DNA of 64,000 nucleotides from Candidatus Niyogibacteria bacterium (GTDB lineage Bacteria; Patescibacteriota; Minisyncoccia; HO2-45-28): NCBI GenBank assembly GCA_016181935.1, contig JACOYI010000004.1, positions 5,292 to 69,291 of the forward strand, read 5' to 3'. Shown piece by piece: positions 63,679 to 64,000 of this stretch (position 1 is its first letter; each line of letters starts with the position of its first letter). The notes under the pieces were generated by a model. It saw only the letters and a program-made list of their open reading frames with translations, ran no database searches and was not told where the DNA came from. The position numbers and the translations under genes were made by a program.

Positions 63679-64000
63679 ATGAAATCAATGACGCGCATTC
63701 TGATCATCGAAGACGATGTCTTTATCGCGGGACTCATCACCCAGCGATTGAAAAATGATTTCCAGATCGATCTTGCGATCGCGGCGGAGGACGCGTTCAA
63801 AAAGATCGAGGAGCGGGTCCCGGATCTCATTTTGCTCGATCTTATCCTTCCGGGCGTCGATGGATTCGAGATCCTGAAAAAATTGAAAAGCGATGACGCG
63901 ACCAAAGCGATTCCCGTCATTATCCTTTCCAATCTCGGCAACCGCGACGAAGTGGAAAAAGGCATTGCCATGGGCGCCGTCAACTATCTCATCAAATCCA
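63679..64000 (+). CDS. response regulator receiver domain protein (partial, runs off window)
   Basis: ILIIEDD...DLILLDLILPGVDGFEIL...PVIILS receiver motifs. Confidence 0.75.
   Translation, partial: MKSMTRILIIEDDVFIAGLITQRLKNDFQIDLAIAAEDAFKKIEERVPDLILLDLILPGVDGFEILKKLKSDDATKAIPVIILSNLGNRDEVEKGIAMGAVNYLIKS

Overview
The window looks like a small-genome Candidate Phyla Radiation / Patescibacteria-type bacterium at roughly 50-58% GC, with AT-rich and GC-rich islands; phylogenetic placement needs a marker-gene search. Conserved core genes are groES-groEL, iscU, uvrA, a uvrC without its HhH tail, secG, an oligopeptide-type ABC binding protein, RNase J, rpoB-rpoC, ftsW, rplJ-rplL, alr, an HhH-GPD glycosylase, ftsE-ftsX, prfB with the canonical +1 frameshift, and a glycosylation cluster of GT39, DUF2079, a Dpm1-like GT2 and PAP2. 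There is a 23S-5S rRNA operon on the minus strand with no adjacent 16S. Its 23S carries two LAGLIDADG homing-endonuclease introns and four hairpin insertions of one repeat family, and a fifth copy of that family is intergenic. The operon tail holds tRNA-Cys, an aberrant tRNA-like gene and about 780 nt of unassigned transcribed spacer. Seven tRNAs are called: Ser-GGA, Leu-CAG, Cys-GCA, Val-CAC, Gln-CTG, Thr-CGT and the aberrant one. The most notable accessory features: (1) a dispersed REP/BIME-like palindromic repeat family with a GTAG-containing core GGGTAGTCC, at least 11 loci here, together with a REP-associated tyrosine transposase (RAYT) gene flanked by inverted copies; (2) a hairpin element family inserted four times in the 23S rRNA and once in intergenic DNA; (3) an AT-rich islet next to tRNA-Ser with Dcm methyltransferase, Vsr endonuclease and a HEPN-like Rx4H protein; (4) four small secreted or membrane protein genes with near-identical strong promoters (AAGGATTGACA-N17-TATAnn), one pair sharing a duplicated ~80-nt promoter/leader; (5) an HNH endonuclease mini-element at tRNA-Gln with a duplicated tRNA 5' fragment; (6) seven-fold enrichment of the DnaA-box 9-mer TTATCCACA, twice exactly 10 nt upstream of a -35 hexamer; (7) a large secreted protein combining a PLC/S1-P1-like nuclease domain, a lamin-tail domain and a beta-helix. 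No CRISPR array was seen.
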